28,188 nt of DNA from a bacterium (GTDB taxonomy: Bacteria > SZUA-182 > DTGQ01). The notes beneath the pieces were generated by a model. It did not search any database. It saw only the letters and a list, made by a program, of their open reading frames with translations, and had not been told where the DNA came from. The position numbers and the translations under genes are program-made. Within the stretch, counting starts at the first letter, position 1. Each line of letters starts with the position of its first letter. Positions 19,219 through 28,188 of this stretch are shown piece by piece. Location of the stretch: positions 1 through 28,188 of the forward strand of contig JBFMGO010000082.1 in the NCBI GenBank assembly GCA_040752695.1, given 5' to 3'.

Positions 19219-19488
19219 CTTTCTCTCTGTTGCGGGTTTTCTCTTCACCTTGCCTGTGCCGAAACTGGAGAGTTTCCGCATCAGGCGATTCCCTCTTCAG
19301 AGGGAATTGGTTTTGTGGATTTTGTCCTGATTTTTTTTGGGATTTTATTCTGACATAGTCAGTAGTGAAGGAGGAGCGATCTTTTCTTAATCAATGTCAC
19401 GGGATTATGGATAAAGGAGGTGAAGCGATCGGGATATTGCTTTTTTGAAACCAATATACTTACATTAAGGTTAGAAAAGGGAGTAAGC

Positions 19489-20865
19489 ATGAAAAAAATA
19501 CTGACTGGATTACTGAGTTTTATCTTTATTATAGGCTTGACAGGTGTGTGTAGTGCCGAAGACGCAGCAGAGAAAAAGCTTTCCTACGGTGGAGATATCA
19601 GGATTCGGGGTCAGGTTCTGACTAATAATAAGGACCTATTCAATGATAAGTATGATGATGAGCAATATTACACCCACCGGACTCGTCTGTGGGTAAAAGG
19701 GGAATTTGAGGAAGGTTATACCGCTTATGTCCGGCTGGCAATTGAGCCTCGATGGGGCCACCCGGATACTGCTTATAATGACAGCACCACTGATAGTGAT
19801 GGTAAAGCTGCGCCTGAAATAGGCAACCACCTTGTTATCGACAATTCCTATATCGAAGCTAAAAAATTCCTGGGGATCCCGGTAACCTTAAAGATTGGTC
19901 GACAGGATATGAGCTACGGTGAAGGATTTCTGGTTCAGGATGGGACAGATGGTACTAATTTTTCTGACGGATCCCGTACCGGCTATTTTGATGCCATCAA
20001 GCTCACCAGTGATTTTGGCATCATCGGTGTAGATTTATTCACTGCCAAGGCTGATGAAGGGGCTTATAATAATCAGGATGATGAGGATCTTTATGGCCTG
20101 TATGTTACTATCAAGGCTCTGAAAGATCATACATTCGATGTGTATGGGCTACGGCGGGACCAAAAGGCATACAATTATCACAAGGGATTAGCTGATTCTT
20201 CCATTACGAAAAGTTATACCAATGCAATTGGTGTCAGAGCCACTGGTATAATTGTCGAAAATCTCTCTTATGGAGCTGAGTTAGTCGGGGAATTTGGAAA
20301 AATCGATAAAGCTGACGGGATTGATCGCGCTGCTATGGGAGGGCTCGCCCACTTGACTTATGCCATGCCTCAGGCTCCTACTCAGCCCAGCATTACATTG
20401 GGCGTATACTATACTTCCGGAGATAAGGAGGATACTGCTGACAAAAACGAAGGTTGGGACGGATTTTACAGTGACTTTCCCAAGTATGGATATGGGGATG
20501 TATTGGCCAATATGGGCAAGATTGATCCAGATGAAGGAGTATGGGCCAATCACACGATTTATGAAGTTGATATCAAAGCAACCCCTCTGCCCAATCTGAC
20601 TACCAGCCTGGGATACCTTTACCTGATGGCCAGCGAACAGAATGACGCCCGGAGCAAGGTTCGCGGCAAATGCCCGCAGGCTAAACTGGAATATCGATTC
20701 ACCAAGGCAGTTTCCGGACGTCTGATAGGACAATATTTCCAGGCTGGTGACTACTATCGCGGTCAGTTGCCCTATGGTAAGAACGATGAAGCCAAGAACT
20801 ATCTTGACGCCGAAGCCAATGACGATGCTTTATGGGGCCGGGCTGAGTTGAACATTAAATTCTAA
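19489..20865 (+). CDS. Alginate-export-family outer-membrane beta-barrel porin
   Basis: Signal peptide MKKILTGLL..VCSA, YGGDIRIR start, LKIGRQDMSYGEG, FDAIK, Y.SGD, alternating beta-strand pattern, C-terminal Phe. Start at ATG 19489 after GGGAG. Confidence 0.8.
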   Translation: MKKILTGLLSFIFIIGLTGVCSAEDAAEKKLSYGGDIRIRGQVLTNNKDLFNDKYDDEQYYTHRTRLWVKGEFEEGYTAYVRLAIEPRWGHPDTAYNDSTTDSDGKAAPEIGNHLVIDNSYIEAKKFLGIPVTLKIGRQDMSYGEGFLVQDGTDGTNFSDGSRTGYFDAIKLTSDFGIIGVDLFTAKADEGAYNNQDDEDLYGLYVTIKALKDHTFDVYGLRRDQKAYNYHKGLADSSITKSYTNAIGVRATGIIVENLSYGAELVGEFGKIDKADGIDRAAMGGLAHLTYAMPQAPTQPSITLGVYYTSGDKEDTADKNEGWDGFYSDFPKYGYGDVLANMGKIDPDEGVWANHTIYEVDIKATPLPNLTTSLGYLYLMASEQNDARSKVRGKCPQAKLEYRFTKAVSGRLIGQYFQAGDYYRGQLPYGKNDEAKNYLDAEANDDALWGRAELNIKF

Positions 20866-20936
20866 TCCGGCTTTTTACTCCATGGCTTATTACCCATTGA
20901 GTTATTCACTCATTGGGTTATTTACATGGTTTACAC

Positions 20937-20978
20937 ACAGGATGGGCTTTATTCTAAGCCCATCCTGTCCCTTCTTTC
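20937..20978 (+). terminator. 13-bp hairpin after the porin (terminator or stabiliser)
   Basis: acaggatgggctt-tattct-aagcccatcctgt followed by cccttcttt. Confidence 0.7.
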
Positions 20979-21266
20979 GGATGAAACCTGCCGATAAGAA
21001 TAAGAAGTTATCTCTCGGAAATCCCAGCATAAGTGAATAATAAAAATAAACTCGGCAGGAATTATGAGAGCACACTTCCTGCTGATGCTGACAGGCTCTT
21101 TATCTGTATAAAAGAGAAAGATTCGGATAGAACAGAGAGTCTCTTATGAGATTATTCAATCTCTCTGAAGAGAGTCTCTTTACAAATGAAAACACGAAGA
21201 GAGTTTGAGTATTGATCACCATACAATAGTTTACATTTAACACCTATAACTCATATCTAGCTCGTC

Positions 21267-23036
21267 TTGGAGTCAAAAAAGATGAACGTGCTGCTGTCAG
21301 GAAATGAGGCAATAGCTCGCGGGGCTTATGAATTCGGCGTGGGTGTCGCAGTAGGATATCCAGGCACACCGAGTACGGAGATTCTGGAGAATATCGTCCG
21401 GTTTCCGGAAATTTACAGCCAGTGGTCGCCCAATGAGAAGGTGGCTCTGGAGGTGGGCATTGGAGCGAGTCTGGCGGGAGCCAGAACTCTGGTTACCATG
21501 AAGCATGTAGGGGTGAACGTGGCGGCCGATCCTCTGATGACCCTGGCCTATACCGGCGTGAATGCAGGGCTGGTTATTATTTCGGCTGATGATCCGGGAA
21601 TGCACAGCTCCCAGAACGAGCAGGACAACCGCTTTTATGCCAGGTTTGCCCAGATTCCCCTCCTGGAGCCTTCGGACAGCCAGGAGGCCAAAGACCTTCT
21701 CGGCTTTGGGTTCGAGATAAGCGAAAAATTCGATACGCCCGTCCTTTTGCGGCTTACCACCCGGATTTCGCATTCCAAATCCCTGACCGAAGTGATCGAC
21801 CAAAGGATCACCGTACCTTTGAAGCCATTCTCCAAAGATCCGCAAAAATATGTCATGATACCAGCCTATAGCCGAAAACGGCACACCATGGTCAAGAAGC
21901 GGACTGAATCGCTGAAGGAACTGGCGCAGAGTACCGTCTGGAACCGCTACGAGATGAATGACCGAAAAGCAGGGATCATCACCGGAGGCGTCGCTTATCA
22001 ATACACGCGGGAGGTATTGCCTGAGGCGTCTTATCTGAAGCTTGGCATGAGCTGTCCCCTGCCGGAAAAGCTGATCAGGGACTTTGCCGCGCAGGTCGAA
22101 AAACTGTATGTCGTGGAAGAATTGACCCCGTTTATCGAGGAGCAGGTCCGGGCCATGGGCCTTTCAGTGGAAGGAAGATCCCTCCTTCCGGATACGGGCG
22201 AGTTGACCCCGCAGATCATAGCCCAGGCCTTTTTGAAAGAATCCCCAAAGGAGGGATTCAATCCCGGTGTAAGCCTTCCCCCCCGGCCTCCGGCCATGTG
22301 TCCGGGATGCCCTCACCGCAGCCTGTTTTATACCTTAAACCGCAAAAAGATCCGGGCCATGGGTGATATCGGCTGCTATGCTCTGGCTGTTCTGCCTCCC
22401 CTTGAGGCCATGGACATGTGTGTTTGTATGGGAGCCAGTATCGGGGCTGCACACGGATTTAACAAGGCCACTGAAGGGTCGGATATTCAGCCGGTGGTAG
22501 GTGTCATTGGAGACTCCACCTTTCTTCACTCCGGGATAACCGGCCTTTTGGATATAGCGTATAATCAGGGGACCACAACCACGGTTATTCTGGATAACCG
22601 GACTACGGCCATGACCGGGTTTCAACATCACCCCGGCACAGGCTGCACACTCAAAGGGCAAAAGACGCGGGCCGTGGACCTTGAGGCTCTGGCCAGGGCC
22701 ATGGGTATCAGCCGGGTGGAAGTGGTGGACCCCTATGATCTGGCCCGGTTGAGCCAGGTGATCGATCAGGAAATCAAGGCTCCTGAGCCTTCCTTGATCA
22801 TTTCCCGACGGCCCTGTGTATTGCTGGATAGAAATGCCAGACGCATCCAGCGCCAGGTGGATCATGAGGTTTGCACCGGCTGCAAGATGTGCTTGAAACT
22901 GGGATGTCCGGCCATGAGTTCTTTGGGGGAAGGAAAAGTGCTTATTGACTCACTTCTGTGCAGCGGCTGCCCGGTCTGCGAGCAGGTCTGCAAGGCCGGA
23001 GCCATCAAACCTGTCAGCCCGCCTGACAGTCCGTAA
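21267..23036 (+). CDS. iorA: Indolepyruvate:ferredoxin oxidoreductase subunit alpha
   Basis: LLSGNEAIARGA, GYPGTPSTEI, MKHVGVNVAADP, RPPAMCPGCPH, GDIGCY, TPP motif GDSTFLHSG..DN, two C-terminal ferredoxin Cys motifs. Confidence 0.95.
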   Translation: MESKKMNVLLSGNEAIARGAYEFGVGVAVGYPGTPSTEILENIVRFPEIYSQWSPNEKVALEVGIGASLAGARTLVTMKHVGVNVAADPLMTLAYTGVNAGLVIISADDPGMHSSQNEQDNRFYARFAQIPLLEPSDSQEAKDLLGFGFEISEKFDTPVLLRLTTRISHSKSLTEVIDQRITVPLKPFSKDPQKYVMIPAYSRKRHTMVKKRTESLKELAQSTVWNRYEMNDRKAGIITGGVAYQYTREVLPEASYLKLGMSCPLPEKLIRDFAAQVEKLYVVEELTPFIEEQVRAMGLSVEGRSLLPDTGELTPQIIAQAFLKESPKEGFNPGVSLPPRPPAMCPGCPHRSLFYTLNRKKIRAMGDIGCYALAVLPPLEAMDMCVCMGASIGAAHGFNKATEGSDIQPVVGVIGDSTFLHSGITGLLDIAYNQGTTTTVILDNRTTAMTGFQHHPGTGCTLKGQKTRAVDLEALARAMGISRVEVVDPYDLARLSQVIDQEIKAPEPSLIISRRPCVLLDRNARRIQRQVDHEVCTGCKMCLKLGCPAMSSLGEGKVLIDSLLCSGCPVCEQVCKAGAIKPVSPPDSP

Positions 23037-23062
23037 GGAATAGAGACTTGTCGGGTTATCCC

Positions 23063-23117
23063 TCTTAAGGCTGTCACGCTTCCTCACCCCACAGGAGGAA
23101 GCGTGACAGCCTTAAGA
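23063..23117. repeat. Perfect 23-bp inverted repeat between iorA and iorB
   Basis: tcttaaggctgtcacgcttcctc - 9 nt - gaggaagcgtgacagccttaaga. Confidence 0.9.
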
Positions 23118-23275
23118 AGAGAGATCTTTTCGACCGCCTTCGAAGACTCCCCCTGCTCCAGGGAGACTGATCATTTTTTTATCTTAAAGGATCTTACTCT
23201 TATTTTCATTTTAAAAGGATTTTACTCTTGCGGGTCCCTAATCTGAGAAAGTATAATTTTAAAAGGTAAAATGCC

Positions 23276-23869
23276 ATGAATGAAAAAAAAGATATTTTAA
23301 TCGTTGGTGTAGGTGGCCAGGGCATTATACTGGCCAGCGAAATCCTGGCCGATGCAGGGAGGGACGCGGGATTTGAGGTTAAAAAGAGCGAAGTCCACGG
23401 TATGTCTCAGCGGGGTGGAAGTGTTTCCACTCATATTCGGTTTGGTCGCCAGGTTTTTTCTCCTCTGATCAAGGACGGAGAGGCAGACCTGCTCCTGGCT
23501 TTCGAACTGCTGGAAGCCCTGCGCTGGGTAAATTATGTCCGGCCGCTCGGCTGCATTTTGATGAATAATTTGAGAATCAATCCCCTTCCGGTCAGCACAG
23601 GCCTTATGGAGTATCCTGAGGGTATCGAAAACCTGCTGACCCGCAGCGGCCGGCAGGTTCAACTGGTCGAGGGAGGAAAGTTGGCCGATCAGGCCGGTAA
23701 TAAAAAGGCCATAAACATGGTTCTTTTGGGTGCTTTGTCTCATCTTCTGCCGGAGATTCCTGAAGATACGTGGCTTCAGGCAATTCAATCGCGTGTTCCG
23801 GCCAAGACGCGGGAGGTCAATGAACAAGCCTTTCATCTAGGGCGCAAGAGTATGGGGAGAGGTATATGA
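23276..23869 (+). CDS. iorB: Indolepyruvate:ferredoxin oxidoreductase subunit beta
   Basis: [41 protein letters not shown]. Confidence 0.95.
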   Translation: MNEKKDILIVGVGGQGIILASEILADAGRDAGFEVKKSEVHGMSQRGGSVSTHIRFGRQVFSPLIKDGEADLLLAFELLEALRWVNYVRPLGCILMNNLRINPLPVSTGLMEYPEGIENLLTRSGRQVQLVEGGKLADQAGNKKAINMVLLGALSHLLPEIPEDTWLQAIQSRVPAKTREVNEQAFHLGRKSMGRGI

Positions 23870-25194
23870 AAGAGGATTCATCTGTTGGATTTTACGATGA
23901 AAAGGTGGAGTGTTTGGATCGAAAGGGGATGGAAGAGCTCCAGACGGAGCGCCTGCGTGACCTGGTTCAGAGGGTTCACGCGGCTGTCCCTTTTCATCAA
24001 AAGCGATTTGCCGAGCATGGGGTGAAGCCTGAGGACATCAAGAGCCTGAAGGACTTGAGCCGCCTGCCCTTCATGACCAAGCAGGATCTGAGGGATACCT
24101 ATCCTTTCGGCCTTTTCAGCCGTCCCATGCGTGAGGTAGTGGAAATCCACTCCTCTTCGGGAACTACCGGTAAACCCATCGTGGTGGGCTATACCCGGAA
24201 CGATCTGGATTTGTGGGCTACGGTCATGGCCAGGACACTGAGAAGCGGCGGGGTAACCGAAAAGGACGTGGTCCAAAATGCGTACGGCTACGGATTATTC
24301 ACCGGCGGTCTGGGGATCCACTATGGCGCCCTTAAGTTAGGTGCCTCGGTAATACCCATCTCCGGTGGAAATTCCAAACGGCAGATCATGGTTATGCAGG
24401 ATTTTGGAGCCGATGTCCTCACCTGCACTCCCTCTTACAGCCTGTGCCTGGCTGAAGTGGCTGAAGAAATGGGAGTAGATTTTGCCTCGCTCAAACTGCG
24501 CGTCGGATTTTTCGGAGCCGAGCCCTGGTCTGACGGCATGCGCCTTGAAATCGAGAAAAAACTGAATATCATGGCCCTGGACATTTACGGACTGACCGAG
24601 ATCATCGGCCCTGGCGTAGCCAGTGAATGTCCATCTAAAAAAGGACTGCACATCAACGAGGACTTCTTCCTGCCTGAGGTTATCGATTCCGAAACCGGTG
24701 AAGTGCTGCCCTTTGGAGAAGAGGGAGAACTGGTGATTACTACCCTGACCAAGGAGGCGTTTCCGGTTATCAGGTTCAGAACACGAGATATCACCGTCCT
24801 CAATCCCGAACCCTGCGAGTGCGGCAGAACCCTGGTCCGCATGAAGAGAGTTACCGGCAGAACCGACGATATGCTCATTATCCGCGGAGTAAATGTCTTC
24901 CCGTCACAAATCGAAGATGTTTTGGTGAAAATCGATGGCGTGGCCCCCCATTACCTCATTGTCGTCGATCGCAGGGGAACGCTGGATGACATCGAAGTCC
25001 GCGTGGAAATCTCTGAAGGCAGCCTGTTCGATGAGGTCAAAAAGTACGAGGAGATCGAAAGAAAGATCAAGAATGAACTGGAAAGCGTTCTTGGGATCAG
25101 CACCAGGATCAAACTGGTGGAGCCTCACTCCATTGAGCGCAGTATGGGAAAAGCTGTACGAGTGCAGGATAGAAGGAATTTAAAGGAAGATTAG
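23866..25194 (+). CDS. paaK: Phenylacetate(arylacetate)-CoA ligase
   Basis: [67 protein letters not shown] overlap with iorB. Confidence 0.93.
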   Translation: MKEDSSVGFYDEKVECLDRKGMEELQTERLRDLVQRVHAAVPFHQKRFAEHGVKPEDIKSLKDLSRLPFMTKQDLRDTYPFGLFSRPMREVVEIHSSSGTTGKPIVVGYTRNDLDLWATVMARTLRSGGVTEKDVVQNAYGYGLFTGGLGIHYGALKLGASVIPISGGNSKRQIMVMQDFGADVLTCTPSYSLCLAEVAEEMGVDFASLKLRVGFFGAEPWSDGMRLEIEKKLNIMALDIYGLTEIIGPGVASECPSKKGLHINEDFFLPEVIDSETGEVLPFGEEGELVITTLTKEAFPVIRFRTRDITVLNPEPCECGRTLVRMKRVTGRTDDMLIIRGVNVFPSQIEDVLVKIDGVAPHYLIVVDRRGTLDDIEVRVEISEGSLFDEVKKYEEIERKIKNELESVLGISTRIKLVEPHSIERSMGKAVRVQDRRNLKED

Positions 25195-25318
25195 GGAGAC
25201 TGAAGGGGAAATGAGGGGAATTCAAGGGAAGGACAGGAGAATTAAGGGCAAGTTATAGGAAAGTTATAATAAGAAAGTTATAAAACGATGAAGGGAAGAT
25301 CGAAAAGAGGGAGAAACC

Positions 25319-25750
25319 ATGATCGTTAAGCAAATCTCCATTTTCCTGGAAAACAGAAAAGGTCGTCTGGCCGAAGTAACTAAGCTTCTGGGAGATCAAA
25401 AGATCAATATCAGAGCTATTTCCCTGGCTGATACCTCTGATTTTGGAATTGTTCGCTTAATTGTCAACGATATGGACAGAGCTTATGAGGTGCTGAAAAA
25501 TGCCGGGATAACGGTAAATAAAAACGAGGTCATTGCCGTGGAAATCCCCGATAAACCCGGTGGACTGGCTTCTGTGCTCAATGTATTGAAAGCAGCAGGA
25601 CTGAATGTAGAATACCTGTATGGCTTTCTGGAAAAAAAGACGGATAAGGCCATCATGATCTTTCGCTTCGATGACATGAATGAGGCGCTTCGCGTATTGA
25701 AAGAAAGCGGCGTTTCGACCATAAGCGATCAGGAGTTGAGCAACCTGTAG
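25319..25750 (+). CDS. Tandem ACT-domain protein
   Basis: KQISIFLENRKGRLAEVT...INIRAISLADTSDFGIVRLIV...DKPGGLA..NVEYLY; family commonly found beside paaK. Confidence 0.9.
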   Translation: MIVKQISIFLENRKGRLAEVTKLLGDQKINIRAISLADTSDFGIVRLIVNDMDRAYEVLKNAGITVNKNEVIAVEIPDKPGGLASVLNVLKAAGLNVEYLYGFLEKKTDKAIMIFRFDDMNEALRVLKESGVSTISDQELSNL

Positions 25751-25977
25751 TAGACTTCCAATAACCCGGGAATGCGCTGTCGCGCTTGAGGAGGTTATTT
25801 TTGTAAACCTACTATTCCGCACATTTGGTATGTAATTTTTTTGATCTTATTGGTTTTGTCAAGAATAAAGTGCAAAAACTGCTAAGAATTAACACAGTAT
25901 TTTCAATAGCTTAAGCTAAGACTATTAAACAAAAAAGTTTTTCGGACAGCCAACCCTTAAGTAAGGGAGGTACTTAA

Positions 25978-26163
25978 ATGGCATCACTGAAAGAGGTAAC
26001 CATTGAAACGATAAAACGGTTACCTGACGAGTGTTCATTAGAGGATATCATGTATGAGATAGACTTTGTCGCTCAAGTTTTAGAGGGATTAGAAGATGCC
26101 GAGGATGGAAGGTTACTGACTACAGAAGAACTTCTTAAAAGAGTCGAGCAATGGGAAAAATAA
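25978..26163 (+). CDS. Putative antitoxin
   Basis: 61-aa acidic protein (LPDECSLEDIMYE..GLEDAEDGRLLTTEEL..W) overlapping the toxin start; GGGAGG RBS. Confidence 0.8.
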   Translation: MASLKEVTIETIKRLPDECSLEDIMYEIDFVAQVLEGLEDAEDGRLLTTEELLKRVEQWEK

Positions 26164-26465
26164 AATGGACTGAAAAGGCAAGCAGCCACTTACAAGCAAT
26201 TCACGGTTATATTGCCAAAGAGTCTAAAACATATGCTATACGATTCATAAGGTCTCTCATTAAGGCTACTTCAAAACTTGAAACGATGCCTCACATTGGT
26301 CGTATCGTTCCAGAGCTTGCAAATTATGGTTTCAGAGAAGTCATTTATCAGAACTACAGGATTGTTTACAGAATTACAGCCAATGAGGAAATAGAAATAC
26401 TTGCCGTATTGCACGGTGCAAGAAACTTTAAAAAGGCTTTTTATGAGGAATGGGAATTAAGATAA
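26151..26465 (+). CDS. RelE/ParE-family type II toxin
   Basis: IKWTEKA..L..I..YIA, P.IGRIVPEL, RE.IY.NYRIVYRI, ILAVLHGAR. Confidence 0.9.
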   Translation: MGKIKWTEKASSHLQAIHGYIAKESKTYAIRFIRSLIKATSKLETMPHIGRIVPELANYGFREVIYQNYRIVYRITANEEIEILAVLHGARNFKKAFYEEWELR

Positions 26466-26498
26466 ATTTATTATGAATCATAATGATACTGAATAAAC

Positions 26499-26530
26499 TG
26501 AATAATTTCTGGCTTGAATAATTTCTGGCT
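26499..26530. repeat. 16-bp tandem duplication
   Basis: tgaataatttctggct twice. Confidence 0.8.
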
Positions 26531-26677
26531 TGCCAGAAACGTGTTAGTGGTATAAAGAGGATGTGGAACAGTATGTGGGATAGTTATCTTCCCGCAACTT
26601 CCCAATAGTTAGGTTAGGATAGTGCCCGCCATGGGAAAACAATGAGGTAAATTCTATTACTAACAGGAGGGTTTAAG

Positions 26678-27841
26678 ATGAAAAAACAGAACCTTATATC
26701 GATCTTATTGATTTTGGTTTGTTCGAGTTTGCTTTTGACCAGCAGCGCTTTGGCCAAAGATACTGAAAGCAAAAAACCATACAAGATCGGAGCCATTTTC
26801 GATATCTCAGGCAAGGCATCGGCTCTTGGCATTCCGGAAAAGCAGTCAGCCGAGATGGTGGTGGAAGAGATCAACAAGGCTGGCGGAATCAATGGCCATC
26901 CTGTAGAGCTGATCTTTTACGATACAGCCACTGACAATCAGAAGACCATCGAGAGCGTGAATAAGCTGATCAAGAAAGATAAGGTTTTGGCCATCATCGG
27001 ACCCAGCACCAGCGGAGAAAGTATGGCTATTATCGAGACCATCCAGAATAACGAGATTACGAACGTTTCCTGTGCGGCCCGAATCGATATTACCGAGCCT
27101 CCCAAAAAATGGATCTTCAAAACTCCCCAGACGGACAAGCAGGCTATGGCCAAGATCCTGAGCTATCTAAAAAAGCAGGGGATCAAAAAGGCTGCCTTCA
27201 TGTCGGTAGAGGGAGGGTTCGGCTCCGGGGGACTGGTCCAGGTCGATGCCCTTGCTCCTGAATATGGAATCGAAATTGTGGCCAGGGAAAAGTTCAACGA
27301 GGATGATACGAACATGACCACCCAGCTTACCAAGATCCGGGGGACCGGTGCTCAGGCTCTGATTGTCTGGTGCACGGACAAAGGATCAGCCAAGGTGGCC
27401 GTCAATGTCAGACAGCTAGGCATGGACATTCCTATTTTCATGAGCCACGGGATCGCTACCATGAAGTTCATCGAGCAGGCCAAGGAAGCAGCCGAAGGGG
27501 TCATATTCCCGGCAGGCCGCCTCATTGTTGTTGATGCACTGCCGGAAAGCGATCCGCAAAAGAAAGTGCTGGCCAAGTATGCTGCTGATTTTAAAGCCAA
27601 ATACAATGCCACGGCAGACACTTTCGGCGGCCACGCCTTTGATGCCATCAATCTGGTGATTCAGGCAATTCAAAAAGTGGGTGACAATATAAGCGGTATC
27701 CGGGACGAAATCGAGAAAACCACACACTTTGCCGGAATCGGCGGTGTGTTCAATTTTTCCGACAAGGACCACAACGGCCTCGGCCCTGAGTCTTTGGTTA
27801 TGATCAAGATCGTGAATGGAAAATGGACCTACCTGGAATAA
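26678..27841 (+). CDS. ABC transporter substrate-binding protein, LivK/HAAT (PBP type 1) family, possibly for aromatic acids
   Basis: Signal peptide; KIGAIFDISGKASALG, INKAGGINGHPVEL..YD, IIGPSTSG, WIFKTPQTD, FNFS..DHNGL. Confidence 0.88.
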   Translation: MKKQNLISILLILVCSSLLLTSSALAKDTESKKPYKIGAIFDISGKASALGIPEKQSAEMVVEEINKAGGINGHPVELIFYDTATDNQKTIESVNKLIKKDKVLAIIGPSTSGESMAIIETIQNNEITNVSCAARIDITEPPKKWIFKTPQTDKQAMAKILSYLKKQGIKKAAFMSVEGGFGSGGLVQVDALAPEYGIEIVAREKFNEDDTNMTTQLTKIRGTGAQALIVWCTDKGSAKVAVNVRQLGMDIPIFMSHGIATMKFIEQAKEAAEGVIFPAGRLIVVDALPESDPQKKVLAKYAADFKAKYNATADTFGGHAFDAINLVIQAIQKVGDNISGIRDEIEKTTHFAGIGGVFNFSDKDHNGLGPESLVMIKIVNGKWTYLE

Positions 27842-27864
27842 GGTGAGAGAGTCGGAAAAGAAGG

Positions 27865-27903
27865 AGTCAAGGAGTCAGGATTCAGCTTGACTCCTTGACT
27901 TTT
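27865..27903 (+). terminator. Hairpin after the binding-protein gene
   Basis: agtcaaggagtca...tgactccttgact stem followed by ttt. Confidence 0.6.
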
Positions 27904-27953
27904 AGAATGCTTAAGAAGAGGAAAAGGAATAATAAGAGGAGGAATAATGTTGA

Positions 27954-28188
27954 ATGGCCGGTACGGGTACGCGGGGCACGGATGATGCTTTTTACCACCT
28001 GATGCTTATTGGCGGGGAGGCGGTTCTTAAATTGCTGGGAGTGAAAGATCCAGCCGGGTACGAGGCTAAGGCCGTTGTGCTGAAAGGAAAAGAGCTTCGT
28101 CCAGACATTCTGGCTCTGCCAAGAAGCTCCGGCCAGGAGGCTAAGGAGTGGGTCTACATCGAGTTTCAGGGCTACAGAAGTGAGATGA
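27954..28188 (+). CDS. 5' part of a DUF2887/Rpn-like PD-(D/E)xK nuclease-family protein (runs off the window)
   Basis: Not in the ORF track. GGAGG RBS, then MAGTGTRGTDDAFYHLM...Y..KAVVLKGKELRPDILALP...VYIEFQGY, open to the window end. Confidence 0.65.
   Translation, partial: MAGTGTRGTDDAFYHLMLIGGEAVLKLLGVKDPAGYEAKAVVLKGKELRPDILALPRSSGQEAKEWVYIEFQGYRSEM

Noticed and set aside
19190..19310. 6S RNA, T-box or known riboswitch
   Set aside because: Too short for 6S and I could not find T-box or aptamer consensus motifs; kept only as an attenuator candidate.
25195..25318. Purine-rich spacer with short aagttata repeats
   Set aside because: Low-complexity intergenic sequence with no evident structure.

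Overview
Window from a diderm (porin-encoding), probably anaerobic bacterium with several genes of families best known from archaea or anaerobes. In order: (1) a large secreted cytochrome P460-domain multiheme cytochrome c gene broken into five reading-frame pieces (213-2951); (2) a stand-alone SufC/SufB-type (SMS-like) Fe-S pair; (3) a MEDS-PAS hybrid histidine kinase; (4) a divergent RtcA followed by an archaeal-type FAU-1 (DUF402) ribonuclease homologue, converging on an RhlB-like DEAD-box helicase; (5) a secreted hypothetical protein, an AT-rich patch and an IS1634-type transposase remnant; (6) larE, a phospholipase D-family gene and DUF2267; (7) a long leader with a Tyr-Tyr-Tyr mini-ORF and alternative hairpins, then an alginate-export-type porin, iorA, iorB, paaK, an ACT protein, an inserted RelE/ParE toxin-antitoxin pair and a LivK-type binding protein; (8) the start of a DUF2887/Rpn-like gene. 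Best candidates for something undescribed: the RtcA-variant/FAU-1 RNA-end module, a putative aromatic-amino-acid attenuator ahead of an aryl-acid salvage locus, and the P460-multiheme fusion. All family calls come from motif recognition by eye; no searches were run.
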